Under the pieces are notes generated by a model. It was not told the origin of the DNA, did not search any database, and worked only from the letters and a program-made list of their open reading frames with translations. A stretch of 64,000 bases of DNA, from positions 31,773-95,772 of the forward strand of contig CAVUZI010000001.1 in assembly GCA_963745955.1 (NCBI GenBank), read 5' to 3'. Both the position numbers and the translations under genes were made by a program. This DNA comes from an uncultured Acidimicrobiaceae bacterium (lineage in GTDB: Bacteria; Actinomycetota; Acidimicrobiia; Acidimicrobiales; RAAP-2). Positions 18,164 through 27,402 of this stretch are shown here, piece by piece (the stretch's first letter is position 1; every line of letters begins with the position of its first letter).

Positions 18164-19189
18164 TCAGATCGTGCCGTCGGTCACCGCCCGTTCGATCCAC
18201 GGGATCACATCCTGCAGCAACTTCTCGAGGCTGGTCGTGGCCTCGAAGTCCAGGAGTCGCTTCGCCTTCTCGGTGGATGGGACCCTGCGGCTCACATCAT
18301 GGGGAAACGGGGGATCGGACGTCCAATGAAACGGCACGCCGGCCCCCTTGATGGCGGTCCAAATGGCTTCGGCCAATTCGAGGACGGTCGTCGACTCGTC
18401 CGTCGAGAGGTTGAAGTCCTCGTTGAGGGCTGCCGGATGCTCCATCGCCGTGACGATCCCTTCGGCCAAGTCGCCACCGTAGGTGTAGTGGCGGATCTGA
18501 CTCCCGTCGCCCAGGATGTGCAGGGGGTCCTGCCCCTTGATGACCTTCTGCACCAGGTCCGGGACCACATGGCTCATAGCGAGACGCACGTTGCCGCTGA
18601 GGATCTCGACGTCTCCGAGCGCTCGACGCTCGCCGACTCCCACGCAGTTGAACGGTCGGATAATGGTGAACGGCAATTCGTACTGGTCGAAGGCCGCCCG
18701 GGCGAAATATTCGACGGCCAGCTTCTGGAAGCCGTAGGACGAGACCGGTGGCGGGACCTCGTGCTCTTGGCCTTCGTGCGACGGCCAGCTGTCGGCCGAC
18801 TCGAAAACCATCGACGAGCTGAGGTAGGTCACCTTCTTCAGCCTGCCCTTCTGATGGGCCCTGATGGCTGCGTCGCACGATGCCGCGGTGATCCGCTCGT
18901 TGGTGGCCAAGAGGTCGTAGGCGTAGGTGTGGAAATAGGAGATACCGCCGATCATTGCCGCCCCGGCGATGAAGTGGTCACAGTCGGCCAACAGGTCTTC
19001 GACAACGTCGATGTCCCTGGCATCGCCTTCGACGAACCGGTACCGGGGGTTTTCGTCGTACGACCGGCGGACAGGCCCGTATTTCGAGTAGTTGTCCAAT
19101 CCGATGACGTCGTGGCCCCGATCGAGGAGCTCCTTGACGACGTAGCCGCCGATGAATCCGGCCGAACCTGTCACCAGTACTGTGCTCAT
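18164..19189 (-). CDS. NAD-dependent nucleotide-sugar epimerase/dehydratase (extended SDR)
   Basis: Track ORF 18164..19285(-). Start at MSTVLVTGSAGFIGGYV (ATG 19189, Rossmann GxxGxxG). Catalytic YGFQK (YxxxK). The start overlaps the upstream stop (ATGA, 19186-19189). Confidence 0.85.
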   Translation of the reverse strand: MSTVLVTGSAGFIGGYVVKELLDRGHDVIGLDNYSKYGPVRRSYDENPRYRFVEGDARDIDVVEDLLADCDHFIAGAAMIGGISYFHTYAYDLLATNERITAASCDAAIRAHQKGRLKKVTYLSSSMVFESADSWPSHEGQEHEVPPPVSSYGFQKLAVEYFARAAFDQYELPFTIIRPFNCVGVGERRALGDVEILSGNVRLAMSHVVPDLVQKVIKGQDPLHILGDGSQIRHYTYGGDLAEGIVTAMEHPAALNEDFNLSTDESTTVLELAEAIWTAIKGAGVPFHWTSDPPFPHDVSRRVPSTEKAKRLLDFEATTSLEKLLQDVIPWIERAVTDGTI

Positions 19190-19932
19190 GTGGTCTCCAT
19201 TCGCTTGGTGGCCTCGCGAATCTGCTCGAGATCGAGTCGTGGCCCGAAGGCAAACCGCCACCACCGCAGGTAGTGGGGCAACCATCCGAATAGCTGGAAG
19301 TTTGACATACCGTGGTGTCGCTCGAGCCAGATTGTCGGCAGTTCCGCCACCGGAGCCCTGGCCCGGCGGGCCTTGGCCACCAGCTCGATGCCGATCTCGA
19401 AGCCGGCCTGGGAATTGATGCCCACGTTCCGGATGAACTCGGCGTCATAGGCTTTGAACGAGTTGGTGGCATCACGGGTCCCAACTCGGGCCAGCGCCCA
19501 CAGTGTCAGGCCGGCCATTCGGGAGAGCAGGGACTTCATGGCCGGTCCGCCTACCTGCTGTCCCCCCCGCGAGTACCTGGACGCCGCCGCCACCACCACC
19601 CCGCGTTCGACCAGCCGGACAAGCGAGTCGATCTGCTGCGGATCGTCGCATCCGTCGGCCATGGTCACCACGATGACCTCGGCGGCGGCCCGCTCCATCC
19701 CGTAGCGGATGGCGTGTGCCGGCCCCGGTGCCACATCATTGATGAGAGCACGGACGCGCCCGTCCACCTTGGCAAATTTCTCTACATAGGGGAGCGTCGA
19801 GTCCTCCGGTGAGTCGACGACGACCACGATCTCACTGGGAAGGTGAACGATTTCCGTCAGACGGGTGAGGACGTCTTCGATCTGCGGACCCTCTTCGTAC
19901 GCAGGAATGACGATCGAAACCCTCGGCTTCAT
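19186..19932 (-). CDS. GT2-family polyprenyl-phosphate glycosyltransferase (DPM1/ArnC/GtrB-like)
   Basis: Track ORF 19186..20064(-). Start at MKPRVSIVIPAYEEG (ATG 19932). Contains VVVVDSPEDST and VTMADGCDD (DxD-like). The start overlaps the upstream stop (ATGA, 19929-19932). Confidence 0.8.
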   Translation of the reverse strand: MKPRVSIVIPAYEEGPQIEDVLTRLTEIVHLPSEIVVVVDSPEDSTLPYVEKFAKVDGRVRALINDVAPGPAHAIRYGMERAAAEVIVVTMADGCDDPQQIDSLVRLVERGVVVAAASRYSRGGQQVGGPAMKSLLSRMAGLTLWALARVGTRDATNSFKAYDAEFIRNVGINSQAGFEIGIELVAKARRARAPVAELPTIWLERHHGMSNFQLFGWLPHYLRWWRFAFGPRLDLEQIREATKRMETT

Positions 19933-21128
19933 ACCACTACCCCCTGTCCCCTGAGGTTCCAGATGTCGACGACGGGCTGGCGGATGGCCAGATCCGCGTA
20001 CTCCCGATGCGGCGTTCCGATCACGATGAGGTCGGCCCGGTCGAGGACCTGCTCCAGCGGACACAGCTCGTCGTCGTTGGCGACGAAGGGATCGGCGGTC
20101 AGAACCGCTCGGGCGCGCACCTTCAGGACCCGCTTCAGTTTGTAGGAGAGGCTCGATCGGTTGTCGTCCGATCCGCCCTTGAAGGCCATGCCGAGGATGC
20201 CCACGGTCATTGCATCGAGATCGAACCGTGCCGCCAAACGCGAAACCAGGTAGAGCGGGAGGCCTTCATTGATCTGCATGCTGGCTTGGCCGAGGGCGAA
20301 GTTGTTGTTGTTGAAGGCGGCCAGCTGCATGGTGTCTTTGAGCAGGCAGGGTCCGGCCGCAAAACCGGGCCCGGGAAGGTCTGCCGCCCGCGGGTAGTCT
20401 TCGATCACTGCGCTCCGGATCCGCTCGTAGTCCAGGCCGAAATCGTTGGCCATCATGTAGAGCTGATTGGCGGCGGCGAATTTGATGTAGCGGTACGAAT
20501 TGGTGAAGAGCTTGGCCAGCTCCGCCTCTTCGGGCTCCACCCGCACGATCGACTTCGTGAGCTGACCGAAGAGCCCAGCGGCACGTTCGTAGGCACGATC
20601 GGTGCGGGCGGCGACGATCTGGGGCAGTGAGTGGAGTTCCTCCATGGCCCGGCCCTCTGCGATTCGCTCGGGACAGAAGGCCACGTCGATGTTCTTTCCG
20701 AGGCGCGTCACAAGGCGCTCGACCATTCTGGTGACGCCTGGGAACACCGTGCTCCTGAGGATGAGGACCTGCCCGTCGTTCAACTCATCGGCCACGTCCT
20801 CGAGCACCTCGACCACCGCCTGTGGATCCGGGTTGAGATGCTCGTCGATCGGCGTCCCGATCACGATGACCAGGAACTCGCAGCGACCCACCGACGACAC
20901 GTCGGCCGAAACCGAGAGCCTGCCGTCGGCCAGAGTGCGCCGGAGCACCTCGGGCGCCCCGGGTTCGAGGTGGGGCATCTTGCCCGAACGCACGCTGTCG
21001 ACCGCGGCCAGATTGGTGTCGTGCAGCGTGACGGTCAATCCCGAATCGGCCAGCGCAAGGCCGAGGGGTAACCCGACGTGGCCGCAGCCACCGAGGATCG
21101 TGACATTGGTACTCCGCCCAGCCCCCAT
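19929..21128 (-). CDS. UDP-glucose/GDP-mannose dehydrogenase-family nucleotide-sugar dehydrogenase
   Basis: Track ORF 19929..21419(-). Start set at MGAGRSTNVTILGGCGHVG (ATG 21128, NAD-binding GxGxxG). Catalytic-Cys motif GFAAGPCLLKDT. C-terminal GMAFKGGSDDNRSS. Confidence 0.85.
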   Translation of the reverse strand: MGAGRSTNVTILGGCGHVGLPLGLALADSGLTVTLHDTNLAAVDSVRSGKMPHLEPGAPEVLRRTLADGRLSVSADVSSVGRCEFLVIVIGTPIDEHLNPDPQAVVEVLEDVADELNDGQVLILRSTVFPGVTRMVERLVTRLGKNIDVAFCPERIAEGRAMEELHSLPQIVAARTDRAYERAAGLFGQLTKSIVRVEPEEAELAKLFTNSYRYIKFAAANQLYMMANDFGLDYERIRSAVIEDYPRAADLPGPGFAAGPCLLKDTMQLAAFNNNNFALGQASMQINEGLPLYLVSRLAARFDLDAMTVGILGMAFKGGSDDNRSSLSYKLKRVLKVRARAVLTADPFVANDDELCPLEQVLDRADLIVIGTPHREYADLAIRQPVVDIWNLRGQGVVV

Positions 21129-21635
21129 CGGACCATGGTAGCCAGAGCATGGGCACTCGGCAACCAAAATATCGCCCGCCATCTGCCAGAATCTGTCCCT
21201 GCATGCGTGGTGAATGCCAGCCCCGACGGCTTTGGGCTTCCTGGCCGCCGGAGGGAGACCCGCCGGCTGGCCGGACGACGGCTCCTCGATCTCGGTGACC
21301 ACTTTCCCACCACCGGCGCGAAGAGGCTCGGCCTCGGCATCCACCCGGGCCACCGCCCGGTCACACCGCGCCCGGTGGCGAGGCACCCCCGGGGCAGGTG
21401 CTGTTCCAACTCCCCTCATTTACCGACAACATCGCGGGGACCTCGACCGGCACCATCAGTGAGGAGTCGGGGACGGGGACGGTGACGGCGTCGGCAGGTA
21501 CGAAGACCAACATCGTCCGGATGTGTCGGGTCCCGACGGAGTAGCCGCCATGTCTGGCCCACCGTGCTCCGGCACCGTCCCTGCCCCGGCGCGAGACAAC
21601 GCACGCCAATCGTGCACTGAAGTGAGCCTGCACTG

Positions 21636-21641
21636 TATATT
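21636..21641 (+). promoter_or_regulatory. -10-like hexamer TATATT placed 6 nt before the ATG (leaderless-type promoter candidate)
   Basis: tgTATATTgcacccATG, with the ATG at 21648. Same hexamer and spacing as at 15080-15085. Confidence 0.45.
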
Positions 21642-21647
21642 GCACCC

Positions 21648-22049
21648 ATGCGGCATCTCTGGATCATCGGTTTGTCGGCGCTTGCCTTTCTCGGCGCGGG
21701 ATGTGCCTTCGGAAACGCGACAAGCACGACCTCCACCACCGCGAAGACGGCGAAGACGCCGACCACGGCCACCACCGCGGCAACAGGCACCGTGAGCAAG
21801 ACAGCCGGCCCGAAAGACAAGGCGGCCTGCGCCAGTGTGGCCACGCTCAAGAGCGACGGAGCCAAGGGGATCAAGCCCACGGGCGCCGAGTTCAGGCAGG
21901 TGATCAAGAAGTTGCGGCACGCGGAGAACACCAAACTGCACACCGAGGGGACCTATCTGGGCAAGGACCTGGTCGAAGGCAAGACCGCCAAACTCGATCA
22001 CACGGAGACCGTCATCACCGGCATCTGCGCCAGCATGGGGCTGACCTGA
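21648..22049 (+). CDS. Small secreted lipoprotein with Thr/Ala/Lys-rich linker (paralogue B)
   Basis: Track ORF 21648..22049. MRHLWIIGLSALAFLGAGC carries a lipobox (LGAGC). Paralogous to 15092..15490. Confidence 0.65.
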   Translation: MRHLWIIGLSALAFLGAGCAFGNATSTTSTTAKTAKTPTTATTAATGTVSKTAGPKDKAACASVATLKSDGAKGIKPTGAEFRQVIKKLRHAENTKLHTEGTYLGKDLVEGKTAKLDHTETVITGICASMGLT

Positions 22050-22098
22050 GCCACCAGGTTCCGGTCGACGCAGGATCCTGGCAGAGACCGGTACCCGA

Positions 22099-22830
22099 AT
22101 GGCCAGGCCGGGCGCCCACACTGTCGATGCCTACAAGCAGTACGGGGTCGGGGATGCGGCGGTGCACGCCCTCCGGGGGGTCAGCGTCGAGTTCGCCGCC
22201 GGTTCGTTCACGGCCATCATGGGACCGTCCGGTTCCGGCAAGTCGACCTTGCTGCACTGCGCGGCCGGACTGGATCGCCTGACCTCGGGCCGCGCCTACA
22301 TCGGTGACCTCGAAGTCTCCGGCCTGTCGGAGAACGACGCCGCCATCATGAGACGGAATCGAGTCGGCTTCGTCTTCCAGTCCTTCAACCTGTTGCCGTC
22401 GATGTCGGTGATGGAGAACATCGTGCTTCCCTTCTCCATCAGCCGGTCCACGGTCGACACCGCCTGGCTCGATCACGTCATCGACATCCTCGGGCTGGGT
22501 GACCGCGTCCACCACCGCCCATCGGAGCTGTCCGGCGGCCAGCAGCAGCGGGTGGCGGTGGCCCGGGCCCTGGCCCCGCGACCGGAGGTGGTCTTCGCCG
22601 ACGAGCCCACAGGCAACCTCGACACCAAGGCGGGGACCGAGCTGCTCGAGCTGCTCGCCGGGGTGGTCCATGCCAGCCTGCAGACCGTGGTCATGGTGAG
22701 CCACGATCCGCGGGCGGTCGGCTTCACCGATCGCGCCGTCTTCCTGGTCGACGGCGTGCTGGTCGGCGACCTGGCCGACCCGACCGCCGACACCGTCCTC
22801 GACCGGGTCCGCCTGTACGAGACCCAGTGA
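22099..22830 (+). CDS. ABC transporter ATP-binding protein (MacB/LolD/FtsE-type)
   Basis: Track ORF 22099..22830. Walker A GPSGSGKST, Q-loop, signature LSGGQQQRVAVARAL, Walker B VVFADEPTGNLD, H-loop SHD. Confidence 0.9.
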   Translation: MARPGAHTVDAYKQYGVGDAAVHALRGVSVEFAAGSFTAIMGPSGSGKSTLLHCAAGLDRLTSGRAYIGDLEVSGLSENDAAIMRRNRVGFVFQSFNLLPSMSVMENIVLPFSISRSTVDTAWLDHVIDILGLGDRVHHRPSELSGGQQQRVAVARALAPRPEVVFADEPTGNLDTKAGTELLELLAGVVHASLQTVVMVSHDPRAVGFTDRAVFLVDGVLVGDLADPTADTVLDRVRLYETQ

Positions 22831-25364
22831 TCCGGGTCGCCGTCACCGAGGCCAGGGCCCACGGGCGACGGCTCGGACTCATCGCCGCCGCCATCGTGGT
22901 GGCGGTCACCTTCATGGCCGGGTCCTTCGTGCTGGCCGACAGCGTCCGGGCCACGACGGTCGCCCAGGCGTCGGCACTGCAGCCTCCCGATCTGGCCGCA
23001 GCAGTCTTCGGGCCCGGGTCGCTCCCACAGTCGGCGGTCGACGACATCGCCACGGTTCCCGGTGTCGCCCGCACCCAGCCGGTGGTGTCCGGCTACGGCC
23101 AGCTGCTGGTCGGCGGACGGCTCCTCGGTTCCTCCGACTCGGTGGTCGTGTCGGCCCCGACGGTGCCCGGCCTCAGTGCCGCCCACATCGTCCTCGGACA
23201 CCAGCCCACCACCGGCGGGCAACTGGTGGTTGATTCGGGCACCTTCGATGCCGGGCACCTCCGGATCGGGCAGCAGGTCCGGGTGGTGTCCAGCCAGCCC
23301 GACCGGCTCTTCACCCTCGTGGGCGTGGTCCGGGGCACGGGCCTCCCCGGCTCACCCGACGCATCGGTCATCGGCGTCGACATGGCCGTGGCCCAACAGC
23401 TCACCGGTCTCCGGGGACGGGTCAGCGAAGTGCTCGTCTCGGCCACGCCCGGGCAGAGCCCCCGGGCCCTGGCGGAACGGCTGCGGGCGGCGGTCGGGCC
23501 TTCCGACCAGGTGCTGACCGCAGCCGCCCTCTCGGCCAACGTGGCCTCCCAGGCATCGGCGAAGGTCCTCTCGTTCACCACCACCCTGACCGTCCTCGTC
23601 TGCATCGCCCTGGTGGTCGGGGCGTTCATCATCTTCAACGCCTTCTCCCTCCTGGTCGCGCAACGGCGCCGGGAACTGGCCCTGCTCCGCTGCCTCGGGA
23701 CCAGCCGCGCCCAACTGGCCCTCCTGGTCGCGGGCGAGGCAGGAGCGGTCGGGCTGGTGGCGTCCGCCGTCGGGCTCGGCCTCGGATTCGGCGCCGCCCT
23801 GGCCCTCCGTGCCCTGGTGCAGGCATCGGGCACCCCCCTCCCGACCGGCCCGCTCCAGTTGCACTGGTCGAGTGCCGTGATCTGCCTCGCCGCCGGGACG
23901 GGAGTGGCCGTGGCGGCGTCGGTCATCCCGGCCGAGCAGGCCGGGCGGGTCCCCGCCCTGGTCGCCCTGCGCCAGGATCCCGTAGCCGAAGGAACCATGT
24001 CCCACCCCGTCCGCCGGCCGGTCGCCGCGGCGATCGCCCTTCTCGGGGCCGGTCTGGTCACCGTCGGGCTGGTGGCCCCGGCGCCGGCCCTGGTGGTCGC
24101 CGGGGCGCTGTCGCTCGTCCTCGGTATCGCCGGCCTGGGCCAGGCGCCGGTGGCGGCCTCGGCCGGTGTGCTCGGATGGCCGGTCGCCCGCCTGTGGGGA
24201 TTCGCCGGTTCCCTGGGCCGCCAGAACGCGGTTCGGCACCCCCGGCGGACGGCGGCATCGTCCGCCTCGGTGGTCGTCGGCGTGGCGCTCATCTGTGCCC
24301 TGGCCGTCATCGCCAGCTCGGCCCACGCGTCGGCCGACGACCAGCTCAGCCAGACCGTCCTGTCCGACTACGTCCTCACCGCGGCCGGGTCCGGCCCGGC
24401 CTCGGGCGGGCCCGCCGTCGTCCAGCCGATGCCCGCGGGCGTCGTGACCAGCCTGCGGGCCGAGCCCCACATCGGCGCGGTGTCGCCGATGTCGTATCTG
24501 ACCTTCCACACCGACGGCCACGGGACGGACTGGGGCGCGGCCGTCGACACGTCGAACTTCACCCGCATGGTCGGCCTCGGTCGGATCCAGGGGAACCTCG
24601 GCGGCCTGCGCAGCGGGGGAGTCGCCGTCGAGCAGTCACTGGCCGCGGGTCGGGGTTGGCACCTGGGCCAGGTCCTCTCCTTCGTGTTCCCCGCCCACGA
24701 CGGCGCCGCCGACCCGACCCGCTCGCTCCGCCCGATCACCGCCCTCTTCGACAGCCTGGGCTACTACGGAGGCTTCCTCTTCTCGGCGGCCACACTGGCC
24801 GGTGTCTCTCCCGACCTGCCGCCCTCGATCGTCTTCGTCGACGGGGTCCCCGGGGCCGGAGCATCGGTCACCCGGGCCGCCGTGGCCCGGGCGCTGGCCG
24901 GCTATCCCGAGGTGTCGGTGTCGGACCCGGCCCAGGTGCAGGCCGTGCAGGACCAGGCCATCAATCGCCAGATCGACCTGGTGGCCGTGCTCTCGCTGCT
25001 GGCGTTGATCATCGGGTATCTGGGCATCGTGACCAACCTCATGCTGTCGGTGACCGAGCGGGTACGGGAGATCGGGCTCCTCAGAGCCGTCGGGATGTCC
25101 ACCCGGCAGCTCGGCGCCGCCCTGCGATTCGAGTCGGCCATCATCGCCGCCCTGGGGGCACTGGTCGGGGCGGTGCTCGGACTGTTCGGGGCCTGGACCC
25201 TGCAGCGCTCCCTGACCTCCGACGGGCTCACCACGCTGGCCATCCCCTGGCCGACGCTGATCGTCTACGTGGCCCTGGCCGTGATCGTCGGAGTGTTGGC
25301 CGGCGTCCTCCCGGCCCGCCAGGCCGCCCGCGTTCCCGTGCTCGAAGCGCTGGCCGAGGAGTAG
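22827..25364 (+). CDS. ABC transporter permease with two FtsX/MacB-type domains
   Basis: Track ORF 22827..25364 (845 aa). The GTG start overlaps the ATPase stop (GTGA). The pattern of one TM helix, a large extracytoplasmic domain and three TM helices is repeated twice. This is typical of actinobacterial fused MacB-like permeases. Confidence 0.85.
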   Translation: MIRVAVTEARAHGRRLGLIAAAIVVAVTFMAGSFVLADSVRATTVAQASALQPPDLAAAVFGPGSLPQSAVDDIATVPGVARTQPVVSGYGQLLVGGRLLGSSDSVVVSAPTVPGLSAAHIVLGHQPTTGGQLVVDSGTFDAGHLRIGQQVRVVSSQPDRLFTLVGVVRGTGLPGSPDASVIGVDMAVAQQLTGLRGRVSEVLVSATPGQSPRALAERLRAAVGPSDQVLTAAALSANVASQASAKVLSFTTTLTVLVCIALVVGAFIIFNAFSLLVAQRRRELALLRCLGTSRAQLALLVAGEAGAVGLVASAVGLGLGFGAALALRALVQASGTPLPTGPLQLHWSSAVICLAAGTGVAVAASVIPAEQAGRVPALVALRQDPVAEGTMSHPVRRPVAAAIALLGAGLVTVGLVAPAPALVVAGALSLVLGIAGLGQAPVAASAGVLGWPVARLWGFAGSLGRQNAVRHPRRTAASSASVVVGVALICALAVIASSAHASADDQLSQTVLSDYVLTAAGSGPASGGPAVVQPMPAGVVTSLRAEPHIGAVSPMSYLTFHTDGHGTDWGAAVDTSNFTRMVGLGRIQGNLGGLRSGGVAVEQSLAAGRGWHLGQVLSFVFPAHDGAADPTRSLRPITALFDSLGYYGGFLFSAATLAGVSPDLPPSIVFVDGVPGAGASVTRAAVARALAGYPEVSVSDPAQVQAVQDQAINRQIDLVAVLSLLALIIGYLGIVTNLMLSVTERVREIGLLRAVGMSTRQLGAALRFESAIIAALGALVGAVLGLFGAWTLQRSLTSDGLTTLAIPWPTLIVYVALAVIVGVLAGVLPARQAARVPVLEALAEE

Positions 25365-25367
25365 CCC

Positions 25368-25394
25368 GGGCCGACCGGTTCGACCGGCCGGCCC
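25368..25394 (+). terminator. GC-rich hairpin just after the ABC permease stop (candidate terminator)
   Basis: gggccgaccggt tcg accggccggccc. The stem is 12 bp with one A/C mismatch, and a short T-containing tail (gccttatgg) follows. Confidence 0.4.
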
Positions 25395-25411
25395 GCCTTA
25401 TGGTCTTGGCC

Positions 25412-25497
25412 TGGGTTGACCAAACGATCGGAAAGGCACGATGGGTTGACCGACGATAAAGGCACGATGGATTGACCGACGATCGGCAACGGGCGCT
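25412..25497 (+). repeat. Three tandem copies of a 26-30 bp unit (TGG[G/A]TTGACC..ACGAT..AAAGGCACGA)
   Basis: Unit 1: 25412-25441. Unit 2: 25442-25467. Unit 3: 25468-25497. Units 2 and 3 begin with ATGGGTTGA and ATGGATTGA, which are ATG-codon-TGA mini-ORFs. The TTG start of ORF 25472 lies inside unit 3. Confidence 0.7.
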
Positions 25498-25966
25498 GCG
25501 GGTCGAGGGCACGTTCGCCTCGGCGCGGGAGCTGGAACGCGACGAACCCGACCTGGTGCTGCGCACCGCCGAGGAGCTGCGGTCCGGCGCGGAGACCGAT
25601 CGTGCCGCCGGGACCCCGAGGGGCAGGGCCTACGTCCGCCGGATTCAGGAGCTGGTCGTCGAACGTCCCGAGCTCGGCATCGCCGTGGCCACCTCGCTCG
25701 GACTCGAGCACATCGCCGCCGACCTCCTGGAGGGAACGTCGGTCGAAGGCGTCCCCGGCATCGGGCCGGACGGTGCGGCGCTGTCCTCCACCCCCCGCGA
25801 CAAGACCCGGCGCTGGGGCAAGACACTCGTGATCGCCTCGATCGTCCTCCTCCTGGTCGAGGCGGTCACCGCCGACGCCCTGGCCTCGGTGCTCCTCTAC
25901 GTGTGGACGGCGGTGGCGCTCGCCCTCTTCTTCGTCGGGGTGTACCTGGTCATGTTGCGCGAGTGA
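25472..25966 (+). CDS. Hypothetical protein with C-terminal double TM anchor
   Basis: Track ORF 25472..25966. Only a TTG start is possible because an in-frame TAA lies at 25457. Acidic/Arg-rich N-terminal part, then the hydrophobic helices LVIASIVLLLVEAV and VWTAVALALFFVGVYLVML. Confidence 0.4.
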   Translation: MTDDRQRALRVEGTFASARELERDEPDLVLRTAEELRSGAETDRAAGTPRGRAYVRRIQELVVERPELGIAVATSLGLEHIAADLLEGTSVEGVPGIGPDGAALSSTPRDKTRRWGKTLVIASIVLLLVEAVTADALASVLLYVWTAVALALFFVGVYLVMLRE

Positions 25967-25991
25967 CGGAGCCGCCGACCGGCCCCGGCCG

Positions 25992-26399
25992 CTACTGGCC
26001 CGGGAGTCCACCGCCCGATTTCGGAATGGTGCTCCCGGTCGGGGCGGCAGCGTCGGCGGGCGGCGGGGGAGGAGCCGCACCCGCCTCGGGCTCGACATGC
26101 GGCTTCGGGACAGCCCCCTCGGCCGGGACCGCCGAAGGATCGTTGCCGACAGCCACCGCGGTGCCGGCCGCCTCCAGGGCATCGAGCTGACCCATGATGG
26201 TGGCCACCCTGGCCTCACCGTCGGGCTGGGGTCGCCCCCGCTCGCTCAAGAACACGTAGGCGCCGAGCTCCCGCAGCAGATGGTCGACCTGTTTGCCCGT
26301 CTGCATCTCCGCCAGCTTCGTCTGCCCCTGTTGCATTCCGGTCTGCGCCTTGTCGGCCAGAACCGTCGCCTGCGCCTTCACCTTGTCCATCAATCCCAT
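25992..26399 (-). CDS. Hypothetical protein (helical N-terminus, Pro/Ala-rich tail)
   Basis: Track ORF 25992..26399(-). MGLMDKVKAQATVLADKAQTGMQQGQTKLAEMQ... is coiled-coil-like, and the C-terminus is Ala/Pro-rich. The codon usage is coding-like. No motif recognised. Confidence 0.45.
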   Translation of the reverse strand: MGLMDKVKAQATVLADKAQTGMQQGQTKLAEMQTGKQVDHLLRELGAYVFLSERGRPQPDGEARVATIMGQLDALEAAGTAVAVGNDPSAVPAEGAVPKPHVEPEAGAAPPPPPADAAAPTGSTIPKSGGGLPGQ

Positions 26400-26522
26400 G
26401 GCCCGGCCTCCAATGAACGCTGTCTTCGCGGAATTCTGCCGGCGCCGACGGCGCCGGGACGACTCGATTCCTCTTCCAACAGTTCTAGTCCAACGACCCG
26501 CCGGGGTCTGTCCGCCCGGCGG

Positions 26523-27224
26523 TCAGACCAGACTGGGGTGCTGGCGCACCTCCACCAGGCGCTCGGGCCGGTCCGGGCGGAACAGCGCCGCCACGACCCA
26601 GGGGATGTGCGCCAGTCCGTCGACCAGAAGCACGGATCCCATGCCCACCCCGATGCCACCGAGCACATCGGTGGGGTAGTGCCAGCGCAACACGATGACC
26701 GCGGCGCTCACGCCCACCGTGACCGCGGCCCCGGCCAGGGCCACCAGCGGTCGGAGCAACCTCGGCATGACCAGCGTGAGGGCCACGGCCAGTGCGGCCA
26801 CGGCGGCGACCGTTCCCGACGGGTACGACGAACCGCCGGTGAGACCGATGTGCCGGCCCACGAGCGGCTTGGCCAGATCCTGCACGACGAGGACGGCGAC
26901 CACCGGCGCCACCGCACAGGCCAGGGCGCGGACCCAGTCGCGCAGGACTCCGAGGACGAACACGGTCACCACACCCACCACCAGCGCGGTCAACGAACCG
27001 AGGGTCACGAGGTCGTGAGCCCAGCGCGAGCCGGAGTCGAGGGGCAGCACCTGGTAGCCCCACACATCGAGGCGATTGGGCCACGGCCGGTGGACGAAGA
27101 CGAGACCGGCCAGGGCGGACAGGCCCAACAACAGGGCCCCGACTGTGACCTCGGCGGTGATGCCGACCGCGGACGCGGCCCGTGGGCCTCGGAGCCTGCC
27201 CGTGCCCGAACGCTGTCTTGCCAT
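26523..27224 (-). CDS. PAP2-superfamily membrane phosphatase
   Basis: Track ORF 26523..27479(-). Start set at MARQRSG (ATG 27224). PAP2 motifs: KPLVGRH (KxxxxxxRP-like), YPSGT (PSGH-like), LRWHYPTDV (SRxxxxxHxxxD-like). About 6 TM helices. Confidence 0.65.
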   Translation of the reverse strand: MARQRSGTGRLRGPRAASAVGITAEVTVGALLLGLSALAGLVFVHRPWPNRLDVWGYQVLPLDSGSRWAHDLVTLGSLTALVVGVVTVFVLGVLRDWVRALACAVAPVVAVLVVQDLAKPLVGRHIGLTGGSSYPSGTVAAVAALAVALTLVMPRLLRPLVALAGAAVTVGVSAAVIVLRWHYPTDVLGGIGVGMGSVLLVDGLAHIPWVVAALFRPDRPERLVEVRQHPSLV

Positions 27225-27402
27225 GGCCCAGAGGATACGGGCCGCCGGGCCCCGATCCGGCGCGGGCCCCGTTCGGCGGACCCGACGGCGGGGCGGGCGG
27301 GGACCGGGTCGCGGCACCGCCCGTACCGTACAATCCCTGGTCCATGGACACGGAGCCCCTGCGGGCGATGGCCCTGACGCCGACACCGGGCCCGGAGGCG
27401 CC

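Noticed and set aside
21129-21419. A ~97-codon N-terminal extension of the nucleotide-sugar dehydrogenase, as given by the track ORF.
   Set aside because: The extension is Arg/Ala/Pro-rich and precedes the NAD-binding GxGxxG by about 100 residues. ATG 21128 places the Rossmann motif at the usual distance from the start.
25416-25476. The three TTGACC hexamers in the tandem repeat as sigma-A -35 boxes.
   Set aside because: I find no TANNNT -10 element at 16-19 nt downstream of any copy. The repeat is reported as a finding, but not called a promoter.
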